DNA of 64,000 bases. It comes from an uncultured Staphylococcaceae bacterium (GTDB taxonomy: Bacteria > Bacillota_I > Bacilli_A > RFN20 > CAG-826). Below the pieces are notes generated by a model. That model was not told the origin of the DNA. It saw only the letters and a program-made list of their open reading frames with translations, and did no database searches. The stretch covers positions 2,320-66,319 of the forward strand of contig CAYPGR010000001.1 in the NCBI GenBank assembly GCA_964410505.1, read 5' to 3'. The translations under genes were made by a program, and so were the position numbers. Shown here one piece after another: positions 17,903 to 27,916 of this stretch. Numbering within the stretch: position 1 is the stretch's first letter; each line of letters opens with the position of its first letter.

Positions 17903-19297
17903 CTAAAGAATCCGTGATCCGTCAACATCAAATAAGTAGAAGCGTTTTGGGTAAACTTTAATTACTTTATCTTTTACTTTATGACGTTCTTCCGCTGGAA
18001 TAATGACGCGGATGCGGTGTTTTTGTCCTTTAACGTTACCAACGATGGTAATGTCACGGCCAATATGTTCAATAAATAAGACATCCACTTCAATTGATGG
18101 ATTGTCATTTTTATCAAGGGTGAAGGCTTCGGGACGAACACCAATTTTAACATTGCGATTCGTTCCTTCTTGGACGATGAGTTTGCCTACTTCTTCTTCA
18201 AATTCACCAAAACTTGGACGGTAACCCGCACCAATTAAAGCTTCATGAAGTTTATTTAAGGAAAGATCACCATCAATTGGTGAGAGCGTGTATTTTGCTT
18301 TATTTGCCGGTTTAATCTTTTTAAAGACATTACCGAGGCCTTTCTTTTCTTCCGTTTGTGCAACCACTGGTTCTTCATAAATGGTGACGCCAAGTAAACT
18401 AAAGTACTCTGCTTTGGTTCCTAAGAAACCACCCGCAAGTGCGATATCAAAAATACGCGCATCTTTTAAATCAAAGGTGCCCTTGGATTTTAAGCCAGAA
18501 TGCCAAACATTACCGTGGAGGTAAACTTTGCCATCTTTTAATTCACCATCAAAAATGTTAATGGCTGGTGAACCTAAGAACTTCGCGACGAATAAGTCGA
18601 CGGGTTCTTCATAGACAACTTGTGGTGCGTCAATTTGGTGCACGATACCACGGCGCATGACAACGATGAAGTCACTGATGGACATGGCTTCTTCTTGGTC
18701 ATGGGTAACGAAAATGGTCGTGACTTTGGTGTCACGTTGAATCCGGCGAATTTCTTCACGGGTTTGTAAACGTAAACGGGCATCTAAGTTACTGAGCGGT
18801 TCATCAAGTAACAAAACTTGTGGCCGTTTGCTTAAGGCACGCGCAATGGCGACCCGTTGTTGTTGACCACCAGATAATTGTTTTGGTAAACGATCAAGCA
18901 AGTTACCAATGTCAACAAGGTTTGCCACTTCTTGGGCAATTTGTTCCATTTCTTGCTTTTCAAGTTTAGGCCGCACGTTTTCGAGTGGGAACGTGATATT
19001 TTGCCGAACGGTGAAGTGTGGGTATAACGCGTAGTTTTGGAAAACTAACCCAATGCCACGGTTTTCCGCTGGGACTTCTGTGACATCCCGGTCACCAAAC
19101 CAAATTTTACCTTCGGTTGGCTTATGTAGCCCCGCAATCATGTAAAGTGTGGTCGATTTGCCACATCCTGATGGTCCTAAAAGGCCAACTAGTTTGCCAT
19201 CGGGAATCGTAAAATTCATACGATCAACGGCTTTAACTACGGGTGCCCCTTTTACCCCAGGGAAGTGTTTTGAAAGATTATCAATTCTAACTTCCAT
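17903..19297 (-). CDS. sugar ABC transporter ATP-binding protein (MalK/MsmK-like) with a long C-terminal regulatory region
   Basis: Walker A GPSGCGKST, signature LSGGQQQRVAIARAL, Walker B LLLDEPLSNLD; 464 aa. Confidence 0.9.
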   Translation of the reverse strand: MEVRIDNLSKHFPGVKGAPVVKAVDRMNFTIPDGKLVGLLGPSGCGKSTTLYMIAGLHKPTEGKIWFGDRDVTEVPAENRGIGLVFQNYALYPHFTVRQNITFPLENVRPKLEKQEMEQIAQEVANLVDIGNLLDRLPKQLSGGQQQRVAIARALSKRPQVLLLDEPLSNLDARLRLQTREEIRRIQRDTKVTTIFVTHDQEEAMSISDFIVVMRRGIVHQIDAPQVVYEEPVDLFVAKFLGSPAINIFDGELKDGKVYLHGNVWHSGLKSKGTFDLKDARIFDIALAGGFLGTKAEYFSLLGVTIYEEPVVAQTEEKKGLGNVFKKIKPANKAKYTLSPIDGDLSLNKLHEALIGAGYRPSFGEFEEEVGKLIVQEGTNRNVKIGVRPEAFTLDKNDNPSIEVDVLFIEHIGRDITIVGNVKGQKHRIRVIIPAEERHKVKDKVIKVYPKRFYLFDVDGSRIL

Positions 19298-19345
19298 ATT
19301 TCCTCCTGCAGTATTACTGCTTATCTATTTTTTATAATAACACAT

Positions 19346-19363
19346 TGGTCACTCGATTGACCA
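19346..19363. promoter_or_regulatory. inverted repeat TGGTCA-N6-TGACCA overlapping the -35 region of the ABC operon promoter (candidate operator)
   Basis: 6-bp arms, 6-nt spacer, 35 nt upstream of the ATPase start; a TATTAT -10 hexamer lies at 19334-19339 on the minus strand. Confidence 0.4.
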
Positions 19364-19407
19364 TTGTTTTATAAACTGATTAATTAATAATTAATCCCTA
19401 CGATTAA

Positions 19408-20394
19408 TCATCTTTTGGCGGCCAGTTCTTCACGACGGGCTTCGCTTTTACGACGTTCAACTTCAATCAGTCGTTGTGCGAGTTCCTTGCGGTAGATGGT
19501 TTCATCTTGGACATTATCGAATACAAGCGTCGTTTTCTTATCAGCGACTAGGGTATCACTGAGACGATCGTATAAGCTTCTCTTTGTCTTTGAAAACATC
19601 GACAAGAAAAATGAAATAATGTGAAACGGCATGAAAAAGAAAGTAAAGGAGAATAAAAAGACACTGAAATTGCGCACTATTGCTTGCAAATTCGTCATTT
19701 TATAGCCGTAATGATTAAGCACCACTGACTTAGTCACGAGTTTCCCAAGTGTTGTTTTATCCTTGAGGAAGAGCGGTACAAAAATAATTAAAATAATCGC
19801 TGAAAGTAGATAACTCGAGGCAATTGTAATGAAGCTATAAAACTCTGAACGACGGACAAGTTCGCGGACTTTTGGATGATTATCTAAAAGGGTAAAGGCA
19901 ATCTCAATTTCAGTTTGATAAAAGGTTTTAACCGCGGTTTCTTGACCTGATAAAGCCGGAACATCCCATGGTTTATCTTCATCAATGACTGTAAAATCAA
20001 AAAGCGTTGCCGCATCACCTTTACCAAGAATGACCACATAGTAGTCTTCTGGTTCATTGAAATTTTTGCCATCGATAAGAATAGGCGAAAAACCACGTTG
20101 GAGTTCATTCGTATCCGGGTGGCGTTTATCAACATAGAAGTTATAAAGCGCTTCTGGTAAATCGGCGTCTTCACTGACTTCATGAATCCGATTATCTTCC
20201 GCATCTAGTTTAAATAATCCGCTATAAAGGGCGGTTAAGCCAATTTCCATATTAACGGCCGCAGCGCCACTATTATCGGCGATAATTTGCGCAGGAACAA
20301 AAAGGAAAAGGGCTAGAATAACCACGAACACAAAGTCGAGAAAACCCGCTAAAAAACGTTTACCGGTCGTTTGAGAAACGAAATAATGATTCAT
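19408..20394 (-). CDS. RDD-family membrane protein, paralog B, with an inserted extracytoplasmic domain
   Basis: N-terminal KRFLAGFLDFVFVVIL (R-D pattern), a central soluble insert of about 130 aa, C-terminal transmembrane helices with a TTLGK motif, and a charged tail. Its ATG overlaps the upstream stop (TAATG). Confidence 0.6.
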   Translation of the reverse strand: MNHYFVSQTTGKRFLAGFLDFVFVVILALFLFVPAQIIADNSGAAAVNMEIGLTALYSGLFKLDAEDNRIHEVSEDADLPEALYNFYVDKRHPDTNELQRGFSPILIDGKNFNEPEDYYVVILGKGDAATLFDFTVIDEDKPWDVPALSGQETAVKTFYQTEIEIAFTLLDNHPKVRELVRRSEFYSFITIASSYLLSAIILIIFVPLFLKDKTTLGKLVTKSVVLNHYGYKMTNLQAIVRNFSVFLFSFTFFFMPFHIISFFLSMFSKTKRSLYDRLSDTLVADKKTTLVFDNVQDETIYRKELAQRLIEVERRKSEARREELAAKR

Positions 20395-21476
20395 TAGGCG
20401 CCACTTTCTTCTTTAAAGCGTTCACCAAACACTTCTTCATTGTATTCATCAGCAGTTGGTCTTGCGCTTAGATTTTTAAGATGTTCTTGGTAAGCTTCTT
20501 CATTTGCGTAAATGACTGTTTTTGTTAAATCAACAACCCGCGTACGGGCAATGAGATCGTGGAGTGATTTCCCGTTTTTATTAAAGACCATCACGGTTAA
20601 GGAAATAAATGGGAACACAATCGGAATAAATAAATTGGATAAAAGACCAATCACAAGGAAAGAAAGATAACGGACGAGCAAGGTGAGCGATCCGACGTGG
20701 TAACCAAGTGTGGTCGAAACCCCTAACTTAAAGGCTTTCTTGCCAAGCGTTTGCCCATGTTTTAATAATAAAGGAATCGCTAAAAACACAATGGAACTTG
20801 ATAACACAACGAGAATTGTGTTTTCGATCATAACCACTTCATTAATCTTATCCATGAGGGGGCGATTATTAAAGAGGTTGACGGCCTGGCCATAAATTTT
20901 GGTATTAAAAGCATTAATGGCTTCCGGGGAATTATATTTGGCGTCATCTTTGTATTTAAGGCCAGTGACAATAAACGGGTCAAATTTAACGGTTTCCGTT
21001 GAATCCGAATCAAGCCCTTTTTTACCCGCTGGTTCATCGACAATGATCCGTTCAAAAATCGAGGTCTCAGTGCCGACGCCCAAAATATTTACAATATACC
21101 ATTCGTCGGTAATCTTTTCCGATGGGTCGGTGATTTCGCTATTTAGGAACACCGTATAAAATTGGTAGGTCGCTTCCGCCATCTTTTCCACTGGTACTTT
21201 ATTTTCCGTAATTTCGACGTCATCAATATTGGTGAAATCGGGTAAAAGGGGTGCATCAAGCGTCACTAAGAAACTCTTTTTTAAATCGATTGTATTCGCA
21301 GCAACGGTGGCCGAATAATCATAAACTTGATCGATAATCGGATGAACCGCAAACCAAAAAAAGTTCATAACTAAATACATGACGATTAAATCAAGAAGTA
21401 ACGCGCCGGTTCTTTTTAACGCATTTCCATTAGCAATGTCTAAAGCATCTCTTTGTGCGATATTGTTGTTATTCAT
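20394..21476 (-). CDS. RDD-family membrane protein, paralog A, with an inserted extracytoplasmic domain
   Basis: N-terminal LKRTGALLLDLIVMYL, an insert of about 200 aa, a GQTLGKKAFKLGV RDD core motif and HDLIARTRVVD. Start re-assigned to the ATG at 21476 (MNNNN); the ORF-track start at 21521 is a TTG codon. Confidence 0.6.
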   Translation of the reverse strand: MNNNNIAQRDALDIANGNALKRTGALLLDLIVMYLVMNFFWFAVHPIIDQVYDYSATVAANTIDLKKSFLVTLDAPLLPDFTNIDDVEITENKVPVEKMAEATYQFYTVFLNSEITDPSEKITDEWYIVNILGVGTETSIFERIIVDEPAGKKGLDSDSTETVKFDPFIVTGLKYKDDAKYNSPEAINAFNTKIYGQAVNLFNNRPLMDKINEVVMIENTILVVLSSSIVFLAIPLLLKHGQTLGKKAFKLGVSTTLGYHVGSLTLLVRYLSFLVIGLLSNLFIPIVFPFISLTVMVFNKNGKSLHDLIARTRVVDLTKTVIYANEEAYQEHLKNLSARPTADEYNEEVFGERFKEESGA

Positions 21477-21543
21477 AATTTGACTAAAGTATATCTTACA
21501 AGATATACCTATAAAATACAATCAAGATAGATAAAAGCCAAAA

Positions 21544-21567
21544 TAAAAAAACTCCCCTATAAGGGGA
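21544..21567 (-). terminator. rho-independent terminator after tuf
   Basis: Minus strand: CTCCCC-ttata-GGGGAG followed by TTTTTTT. Confidence 0.8.
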
Positions 21568-21590
21568 GTTAGTTTATAAGTTTTAAAAGC

Positions 21591-22775
21591 TTATTTTAAG
21601 ATTTCAGTAACGGTACCGGCACCAACGGTTCTGCCACCTTCACGGATGGAGAATTTGGTTCCGCTCTCAATGGCGACTGGGTGGATAAGTTCAATTGTTA
21701 AATTGACGGTATCACCTGGCATAACCATTTGAACGTCTGCTGGTAAGGTAACCACACCAGTAATGTCGGTTGTACGGAAGTAGAATTGTGGACGGTAGTT
21801 CGATAAGAACGCTGTGTGACGGCCACCTTCTTCTTTAGTAAGGACATAGACGGTTGAAGTGAACTTCGTGTGTGGTTTGACTGATCCTGGTTTGGCAAGA
21901 ACTTGACCGCGTTCGATTTCATCACGGGAGACACCACGGAGTAAAACCCCAACGTTGTCGCCAGCTTCGGCGTTATCAAGTAATTTACGGAACATTTCAA
22001 GACCGGTAACAACGGTTGATTTTGTTGGACGAATACCAACAATTTCAACAGTTTCGTTTAATTTAACGATACCCCGTTCAACACGGCCAGTAACGACGGT
22101 ACCACGACCAGAAATGGTCATGACGTCTTCGATTGGCAGTAAGAATGGAAGATCGGTTAAACGAGCCGGGTTTGGAATATAGCTGTCGACCGCGGCCATA
22201 AGTTCAAGGATGGCTTTGTCAGCACCTGGTTTACCATCAAGCGCATCGCGGGCAGAGCCACGGATGATTGGGGTGTCATCGCCTGGGAATCCATATGAAC
22301 TAAGTAAGTCACGGACTTCCATTTCAACGATGTCAACAAGTTCTGGGTCGTCAACTAAGTCAACTTTGTTTAAGAAGACAACAACATAAGGAACACCAAC
22401 TTGACGAGCAAGTAAGATGTGTTCACGAGTTTGTGGCATAACACCATCAGTCGCCGCAACAACGAGGATTGCGCCGTCCATTTGGGCAGCACCGGTGATC
22501 ATGTTTTTAACATAGTCAGCGTGTCCTGGGCAGTCAACGTGAGCATAGTGACGGTTGACGGTTTGGTATTCTAAGTGCGATGTGTTAATTGTGATTCCAC
22601 GAGCTTTTTCTTCGGGAGCGGCATCAATTTGGTCATACGCGAAGGCTTTTGCACCACCTTGGGTAGCAAGGACTTTAGTAATAGCGGCAGTTAACGTGGT
22701 TTTACCGTGGTCAACGTGACCGATGGTTCCAATATTAACGTGAACCTTACTTCTGTCAAATTTTTCTTTTGCCAT
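21591..22775 (-). CDS. tuf: elongation factor Tu
   Basis: [17 protein letters not shown] and NKVD GTPase motifs, 394 aa. Confidence 0.98.
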   Translation of the reverse strand: MAKEKFDRSKVHVNIGTIGHVDHGKTTLTAAITKVLATQGGAKAFAYDQIDAAPEEKARGITINTSHLEYQTVNRHYAHVDCPGHADYVKNMITGAAQMDGAILVVAATDGVMPQTREHILLARQVGVPYVVVFLNKVDLVDDPELVDIVEMEVRDLLSSYGFPGDDTPIIRGSARDALDGKPGADKAILELMAAVDSYIPNPARLTDLPFLLPIEDVMTISGRGTVVTGRVERGIVKLNETVEIVGIRPTKSTVVTGLEMFRKLLDNAEAGDNVGVLLRGVSRDEIERGQVLAKPGSVKPHTKFTSTVYVLTKEEGGRHTAFLSNYRPQFYFRTTDITGVVTLPADVQMVMPGDTVNLTIELIHPVAIESGTKFSIREGGRTVGAGTVTEILK

Positions 22776-22875
22776 AATATTTCCTCCTAACTGTAGCGTG
22801 TATTATAACGCTTCTAGTTTATAGCAATTCTATAAATTTATCAAATTAAAGTGCTATGAATATAGCATTTAGATC

Positions 22876-24957
22876 TTAGCGGTTATTGACGCCAGCTTTT
22901 TTGATGATTTCGTCTGCGATGTAACGTGGGCATTCACCGTAGTGATCAAATGACATCATATAAGTGCCACGACCTTGGGTGAAACTACGTAAATCTGTAA
23001 CATAACCGAACATCTCGGATAGTGGGACTTCGGCGTCAATAATTTTAGCATTACCACGTTGACTTTCATCACGCATGGTTCCTCTTCTTCTCGCTAAATC
23101 ACTAAGGACATCACCGTAATATTGTTCAGGAACGGTAATTTCAACTTTCATGATTGGTTCAAGTAAGACGGGGCTTGCTTTTTTAGCGGCCTCTTTGAGT
23201 GCCATCGAAGCGGCAATTTTATAGGCGGCTTCACTACTATCGACATCGTGGTAACTACCATCGAATAAGGTGGCTTTGATGTCGATCACTTGATAGCCAG
23301 CCACTAAACCACGACCGAGTGAGTCTTTGAGACCTTCGCCGGTTGGCTTAATGTATTCACGGGGAACGGTTCCACCGACAATGGCATCGACGAATTCGAA
23401 GCCTTTGCCTGGGTTTGGTTCAAAGCGAATCCAGACGTGTCCATATTGTCCACGACCACCAGATTGTTTAATGTATTTACCTTCACATTCGGCAGTGGCG
23501 GAGATGGTTTCGCGATAGCCGACCATTGGCGCACCAACGTTAACGTTGACACCAAATTCACGGCGCAAGCGGTCCACTAAGACATCAAGATGTAATTCAC
23601 CAACACCCGCAATGATGGTTTGACCCGTTTCTTGGTTGGTCGTCACGCGGAAGGTTGGATCTTCTTCGACTAATTTTGATAAGCCAACACCCATTTTTTC
23701 TTGGTCAGCACGGGTTTTTGGTTCGATTGCTTGTTCAATAACTGGTTCTGGGAATTCCATTCTTTCAAGGATGATTTTTGATTTTTCATCACAAATGGTA
23801 TCACCGGTAATCGTTGATTTAAAACCAACGACCGCACCAATATCACCGGCTTTAAGTTCTTCAACTTCTTCACGGTGATTGGAGTGCATTAAGACAAGAC
23901 GACTAATTCTTTCTTTGACGCCTTTGGTACTATTGTAAACATAAGAACCTGCTTTTAAGGTACCGCTATAAATACGGACATAAGCAAGACGGCCAACGAA
24001 TGGATCGGTCGCTATTTTAAAGGCAAGGGCCGCGAGTGGGGCGTTTGAATCACTTGGAGCTTCAGTTGGTGTGCCATCGACTTTTTCTGCTTTAGCAGCT
24101 GGGACATCAACTGGGCTTGGTAAGTAATCAACAACACCATCTAAGAGTGGTTGAATGCCTTTATTTTTGTAAGCACTACCGCAGAAAACTGGGAAGAATG
24201 TACCGGTTAAAACAGCCTTCCGAATCACACGTTTAATCTCGGCAACACTTGGGGTTTCCCCTTCAAGTACGACCATCATAAAGTCATCATCGAATGCAGC
24301 TATTTTTTCAAGTAACGCTTGTTTCGCAGCTTTTGCATTTTCTTTGAATTCAGCGGGAATTTCTTCCACATTGAAGTGTTCGATTTTGTCATCATAGAAG
24401 TATGCTTTTTCTTCAATGATATCGATCATGCCGCGGAAACCACCTTCACTACCAACCGGAATTTGCACCGGGGCAGCATTAGCAGCTAAACGGCTATGTA
24501 GGGTTTCAACAGCCATATCGAAGTCCGCCCCAGTTGCATCCATTTTGTTAACGAACACAATGCGTGGAACATGATATTTGGTGCCTTGGCGCCAGACTGT
24601 TTCAGTTTGGGGTTCGACCCCACTTTTCGCATCAAGAACGGTGACAGCGCCATCTAAGACACGTAAGGAACGTTCAACTTCAACGGTGAAGTCAACGTGT
24701 CCTGGAGTATCGATAATATTAATACGGTTTTCTTTCCAAAATGCAGTGGTTGCTGCACTTGTAATCGTAATTCCGCGTTCTTTTTCTTGGACCATCCAGT
24801 CCATGGTGGCGCCCCCTTCATGGGTTTCGCCAACTTTGTGTAACTTCCCGGTGTAATAAAGAATCCGTTCCGTTGTTGTTGTTTTACCTGCGTCAATGTG
24901 CGCCATAATGCCTATGTTGCGCGTATGTTGCAAGTCGTATTTCTTAAGATCAGCCAT
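22876..24957 (-). CDS. fusA: elongation factor G
   Basis: [17 protein letters not shown] and NKMD motifs, 693 aa. Confidence 0.98.
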   Translation of the reverse strand: MADLKKYDLQHTRNIGIMAHIDAGKTTTTERILYYTGKLHKVGETHEGGATMDWMVQEKERGITITSAATTAFWKENRINIIDTPGHVDFTVEVERSLRVLDGAVTVLDAKSGVEPQTETVWRQGTKYHVPRIVFVNKMDATGADFDMAVETLHSRLAANAAPVQIPVGSEGGFRGMIDIIEEKAYFYDDKIEHFNVEEIPAEFKENAKAAKQALLEKIAAFDDDFMMVVLEGETPSVAEIKRVIRKAVLTGTFFPVFCGSAYKNKGIQPLLDGVVDYLPSPVDVPAAKAEKVDGTPTEAPSDSNAPLAALAFKIATDPFVGRLAYVRIYSGTLKAGSYVYNSTKGVKERISRLVLMHSNHREEVEELKAGDIGAVVGFKSTITGDTICDEKSKIILERMEFPEPVIEQAIEPKTRADQEKMGVGLSKLVEEDPTFRVTTNQETGQTIIAGVGELHLDVLVDRLRREFGVNVNVGAPMVGYRETISATAECEGKYIKQSGGRGQYGHVWIRFEPNPGKGFEFVDAIVGGTVPREYIKPTGEGLKDSLGRGLVAGYQVIDIKATLFDGSYHDVDSSEAAYKIAASMALKEAAKKASPVLLEPIMKVEITVPEQYYGDVLSDLARRRGTMRDESQRGNAKIIDAEVPLSEMFGYVTDLRSFTQGRGTYMMSFDHYGECPRYIADEIIKKAGVNNR

Positions 24958-24965
24958 GCATCCTC

Positions 24966-25436
24966 CTAGTAGCGATAATGTGCGTAAGCTTTATTCGCTT
25001 CCGCCATCTTATGCGTGTCATCGCGTTTTTTCACAGATGCACCGGTTCCGTTAGCGGCGTCAATAATTTCGCCTGCTAATCTTTCTTCCATTGTTTTTTC
25101 GTTGCGTAAGCGTGAATAGTTCACTAACCAACGGAGTCCTAAAGTTGTTTTTCTTTCAGGGCTGACATCAGTTGGGACTTGGTAGTTTTGTCCTCCAACC
25201 CGGCGAACTTTAAGTTCAACCTCTGGCATGATGTTACTAATTGCGGTAGCAAAGACGTCCATCGCTGGTTGACCAGTCTTCTTTTCAATGCGTGTAAATG
25301 CATTATAAAGAATGGTTTGTGATGTTCCGCGTTTGCCATCGAACATAATTTTATTAATTAAGCGTGTAACAAGTTTTGAGTGATAAATTGGATCTGGTAA
25401 GACATCACGTTTTGCAACACTTCCTTTACGTGGCAT
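24966..25436 (-). CDS. rpsG: 30S ribosomal protein S7
   Basis: 156 aa; [19 protein letters not shown]-terminus. Confidence 0.95.
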   Translation of the reverse strand: MPRKGSVAKRDVLPDPIYHSKLVTRLINKIMFDGKRGTSQTILYNAFTRIEKKTGQPAMDVFATAISNIMPEVELKVRRVGGQNYQVPTDVSPERKTTLGLRWLVNYSRLRNEKTMEERLAGEIIDAANGTGASVKKRDDTHKMAEANKAYAHYRY

Positions 25437-25484
25437 ATCGTTTCCTCCTTCCTTCTATAATCGAGTGATATACTGCAATGTAAT

Positions 25485-25907
25485 TTAGGCTTCTTTCTTT
25501 TGTGGACGTTTCGTTCCGTATTGACTACGGCCTTGGCGTCTTTTATCCACACCGGCGGTATCTAAGGTGCCGCGGATGATGTGATATCTAACCCCTGGTA
25601 AGTCCTTAACCCGACCACCACGAATAAGAACGGTACTGTGTTCTTGTAAGTTGTGACCTTCACCACCAATATATGCGGTGACTTCATATCCATTTGATAA
25701 GCGGACACGAGCATATTTACGTAATGCTGAGTTTGGTTTCTTAGGCGTCATGGTTCCGACCCGAGTACAGACTCCGCGTTTTTGTGAAGAATCTTGATCA
25801 ACTTCACGACGACGGATGGAATTCCACCGTTTGGTCAACGCTGGTGACTTTGATTTGTACTCTGGTTTAACACGACCTTGGCGCACTAATTGGTTAATTG
25901 TTGGCAT
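25485..25907 (-). CDS. rpsL: 30S ribosomal protein S12
   Basis: [12 protein letters not shown] start with a GGAGAAA ribosome-binding site; [10 protein letters not shown] motif. The ORF-track start at 25952 is an upstream in-frame extension. Confidence 0.95.
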   Translation of the reverse strand: MPTINQLVRQGRVKPEYKSKSPALTKRWNSIRRREVDQDSSQKRGVCTRVGTMTPKKPNSALRKYARVRLSNGYEVTAYIGGEGHNLQEHSTVLIRGGRVKDLPGVRYHIIRGTLDTAGVDKRRQGRSQYGTKRPQKKEA

Positions 25908-26009
25908 GCGTGTTTCTCCTTTCCTTTGTTCCCTGTTGTGCTTGACACACAACCGGGTGTATCAATGTGTTTCTTTTAAAAACGACCTAGTTGGTCATTG
26001 CACTTTGAT

Positions 26010-26038
26010 ATTATAGGGATACGCGGGATGATTGTCAA
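26010..26038 (-). promoter_or_regulatory. rpsL (str operon) promoter, consensus TTGACA-N17-TATAAT
   Basis: Perfect -35 and -10 hexamers with a 17-nt spacer on the minus strand, about 100 nt upstream of the rpsL ATG. Confidence 0.75.
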
Positions 26039-26070
26039 TAAATAAAGTAAAAGTAAATGCTTTTTAAAGC

Positions 26071-26337
26071 TTATTTCGTGCTTTTGTTTTGATGATTAAA
26101 CTTCTTCATTTTACTGAGGTTAAGTCCGGTTTTCACCATCAAAGATAAAGCGATTAAAAAAGCAACCCATGAGAAGATCATCATGTACAGTGCCCCCTCT
26201 TTTGTTAGGAAAGACGTCATGACCAAATCATAGGTTACGTAATAGTGTGTAAAGGTTATTAAAAGCGTTAACGCAACCACAAAGAAAATAATAGTGAGGG
26301 AAATTTTCGAAATTAACCAGACTTTATTCTTGGTCAT
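26071..26337 (-). CDS. small membrane protein (two transmembrane helices), last gene of the lipoprotein-peptidase operon
   Basis: 88 aa, two hydrophobic helices, begins 5 nt after the upstream lipoprotein stop. No recognisable motif. Confidence 0.5.
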   Translation of the reverse strand: MTKNKVWLISKISLTIIFFVVALTLLITFTHYYVTYDLVMTSFLTKEGALYMMIFSWVAFLIALSLMVKTGLNLSKMKKFNHQNKSTK

Positions 26338-26342
26338 GAAAG

Positions 26343-27914
26343 TTACGCGGCTTTACGAATTTTTATTGTAACACCGGCATTATCCATCGCGCCGATTTCA
26401 ACACTAAAGCCAATCGGTGAACCATCATTAAAGGTTCCGCGCGCGAGTAAATAAGGAGACCATCCATCAGTATTAATTTTGTCGCCGGTCGTGAATAAAG
26501 CGTTATTATCCGCCATCGCCGTAGAACTATACCAGGTAGCACTCCGACTAGCCCCATCTAATAAATGGACTTTGCGGAATGAGGCACCCATTCTACTATC
26601 CCCCGGGGTGTTGGACGTACCGTAATCGGTATACGCACTATTGGTCGGTAAGGCAATGGTATCAGTCCATTGATAACTCGTGTTATTCGTAATACGAATC
26701 AAACGGGAATCAATATGCCAGATGCGAACGCCGTTTTGTGTAAAACCGCGTCCCCCTGCATATGAACTTAAACTATCTTTTTGATTGAGGCCAGTTGGGG
26801 TGTAATATTCAATGAGGATGTATTCGTCAAAGGCATGGCCATTCCATCCCGCGTTAAGCAAGATAAAGTCGCCACTACTTTCGGCAGGACGTAGATGAAT
26901 ATCACTATTTCCGGTCGGGTAGTAAGGGGTTGACCAGTTGAGGAAGAATTTTGAAAACATATTGTGATCGACAATGTTGTAATCCATCATATCGACCCCA
27001 CCAGCGGAACCAGTGCGCCCATCGTAATCATAATAGTCATCAAGTCCTAGTAAATGACCGGTTTCATGAATAAAGGTGTGCGCGTCAGGCTTAGAAACGG
27101 AGTATCCCGTTTCTTGAAAAGTAAATTCGTAACTTGCCCAGGCATATGTTGAAAAGACGGGTTTGGTGCTAGATGCTTCCCATGACCAATAGTATTGGTA
27201 GGCCCAGAATAAATCACTATTATTATTTTGATTGGTCGGGGCTAAATAAACGAGGAAAACGGAGTCAACATAACCATCGTTATTTTGGTCATATGATTTT
27301 AATTTGCTCGCTGATAGCGAATTATAGACGGTTTCTAAGACATAATGCGTTTGATCCCAGTAGGTATCATCAGTAGCTTTAGCACCAAGTTCTTTCGTGG
27401 TGTAAGGCATGGTAATCGGGCTTACAACTTCACCCGTAATATTAAGCTTGTTATAACTACTTTTGGCATAAAAAGAACTCACTGATTCCCAGCCTGTGTC
27501 ACTGGTGGCGCCAAAGAATGTTTTATTAATGGTGTTAACAATTGTACTATCTGTACCATACTTTGTTGCGGCATTAACGTCACTAAATTTAATGGGTACG
27601 ACTAACATCTTTTGGTTACCAACTGACGGAAAAGTCGCCACATCCCAGTTCCGATCTAAAGCGGTATTAGGATAAGGATTTGTTTCGACCTTATAAAAGT
27701 TTCCGAGTCCATTCGGATCGGTACTAGTGGACGTGACTTCAGTTGTACTGTTCGAAGTCGTTTCGGTTGTAGCACTTGTTGTTTGCTCACTTGTGTTATC
27801 GGAAGGAACACTAGAGTTATTGAGTTCACTAATGAGACTTCCTAATGTCACACAACTTGTGAGTGTGAGTATGCCGACTGTTAGAATGGTTATTTTTTTT
27901 ATTGTGGATCGCAT
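26343..27914 (-). CDS. lipoprotein zinc metallopeptidase, M6/InhA-like, paralog 1
   Basis: Signal peptide plus lipobox LTSC, Thr/Ser-rich linker, HETGHLLGLDDYYDYD (HExxHxxGLxD) zinc-binding motif; 523 aa. Confidence 0.65.
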   Translation of the reverse strand: MRSTIKKITILTVGILTLTSCVTLGSLISELNNSSVPSDNTSEQTTSATTETTSNSTTEVTSTSTDPNGLGNFYKVETNPYPNTALDRNWDVATFPSVGNQKMLVVPIKFSDVNAATKYGTDSTIVNTINKTFFGATSDTGWESVSSFYAKSSYNKLNITGEVVSPITMPYTTKELGAKATDDTYWDQTHYVLETVYNSLSASKLKSYDQNNDGYVDSVFLVYLAPTNQNNNSDLFWAYQYYWSWEASSTKPVFSTYAWASYEFTFQETGYSVSKPDAHTFIHETGHLLGLDDYYDYDGRTGSAGGVDMMDYNIVDHNMFSKFFLNWSTPYYPTGNSDIHLRPAESSGDFILLNAGWNGHAFDEYILIEYYTPTGLNQKDSLSSYAGGRGFTQNGVRIWHIDSRLIRITNNTSYQWTDTIALPTNSAYTDYGTSNTPGDSRMGASFRKVHLLDGASRSATWYSSTAMADNNALFTTGDKINTDGWSPYLLARGTFNDGSPIGFSVEIGAMDNAGVTIKIRKAA

Positions 27915-27916
27915 TT

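Noticed and set aside
20394-21521. Longer RDD paralog A model starting at 21521, and similar ORF-track starts at rpsL 25952, peptidase paralog 3 at 31008 and rpsH 54681
   Set aside because: These ORF-track starts are TTG/GTG or upstream extensions without a ribosome-binding site that would overlap neighbouring genes. Internal ATG codons with ribosome-binding sites and ortholog-consistent N-termini were preferred.
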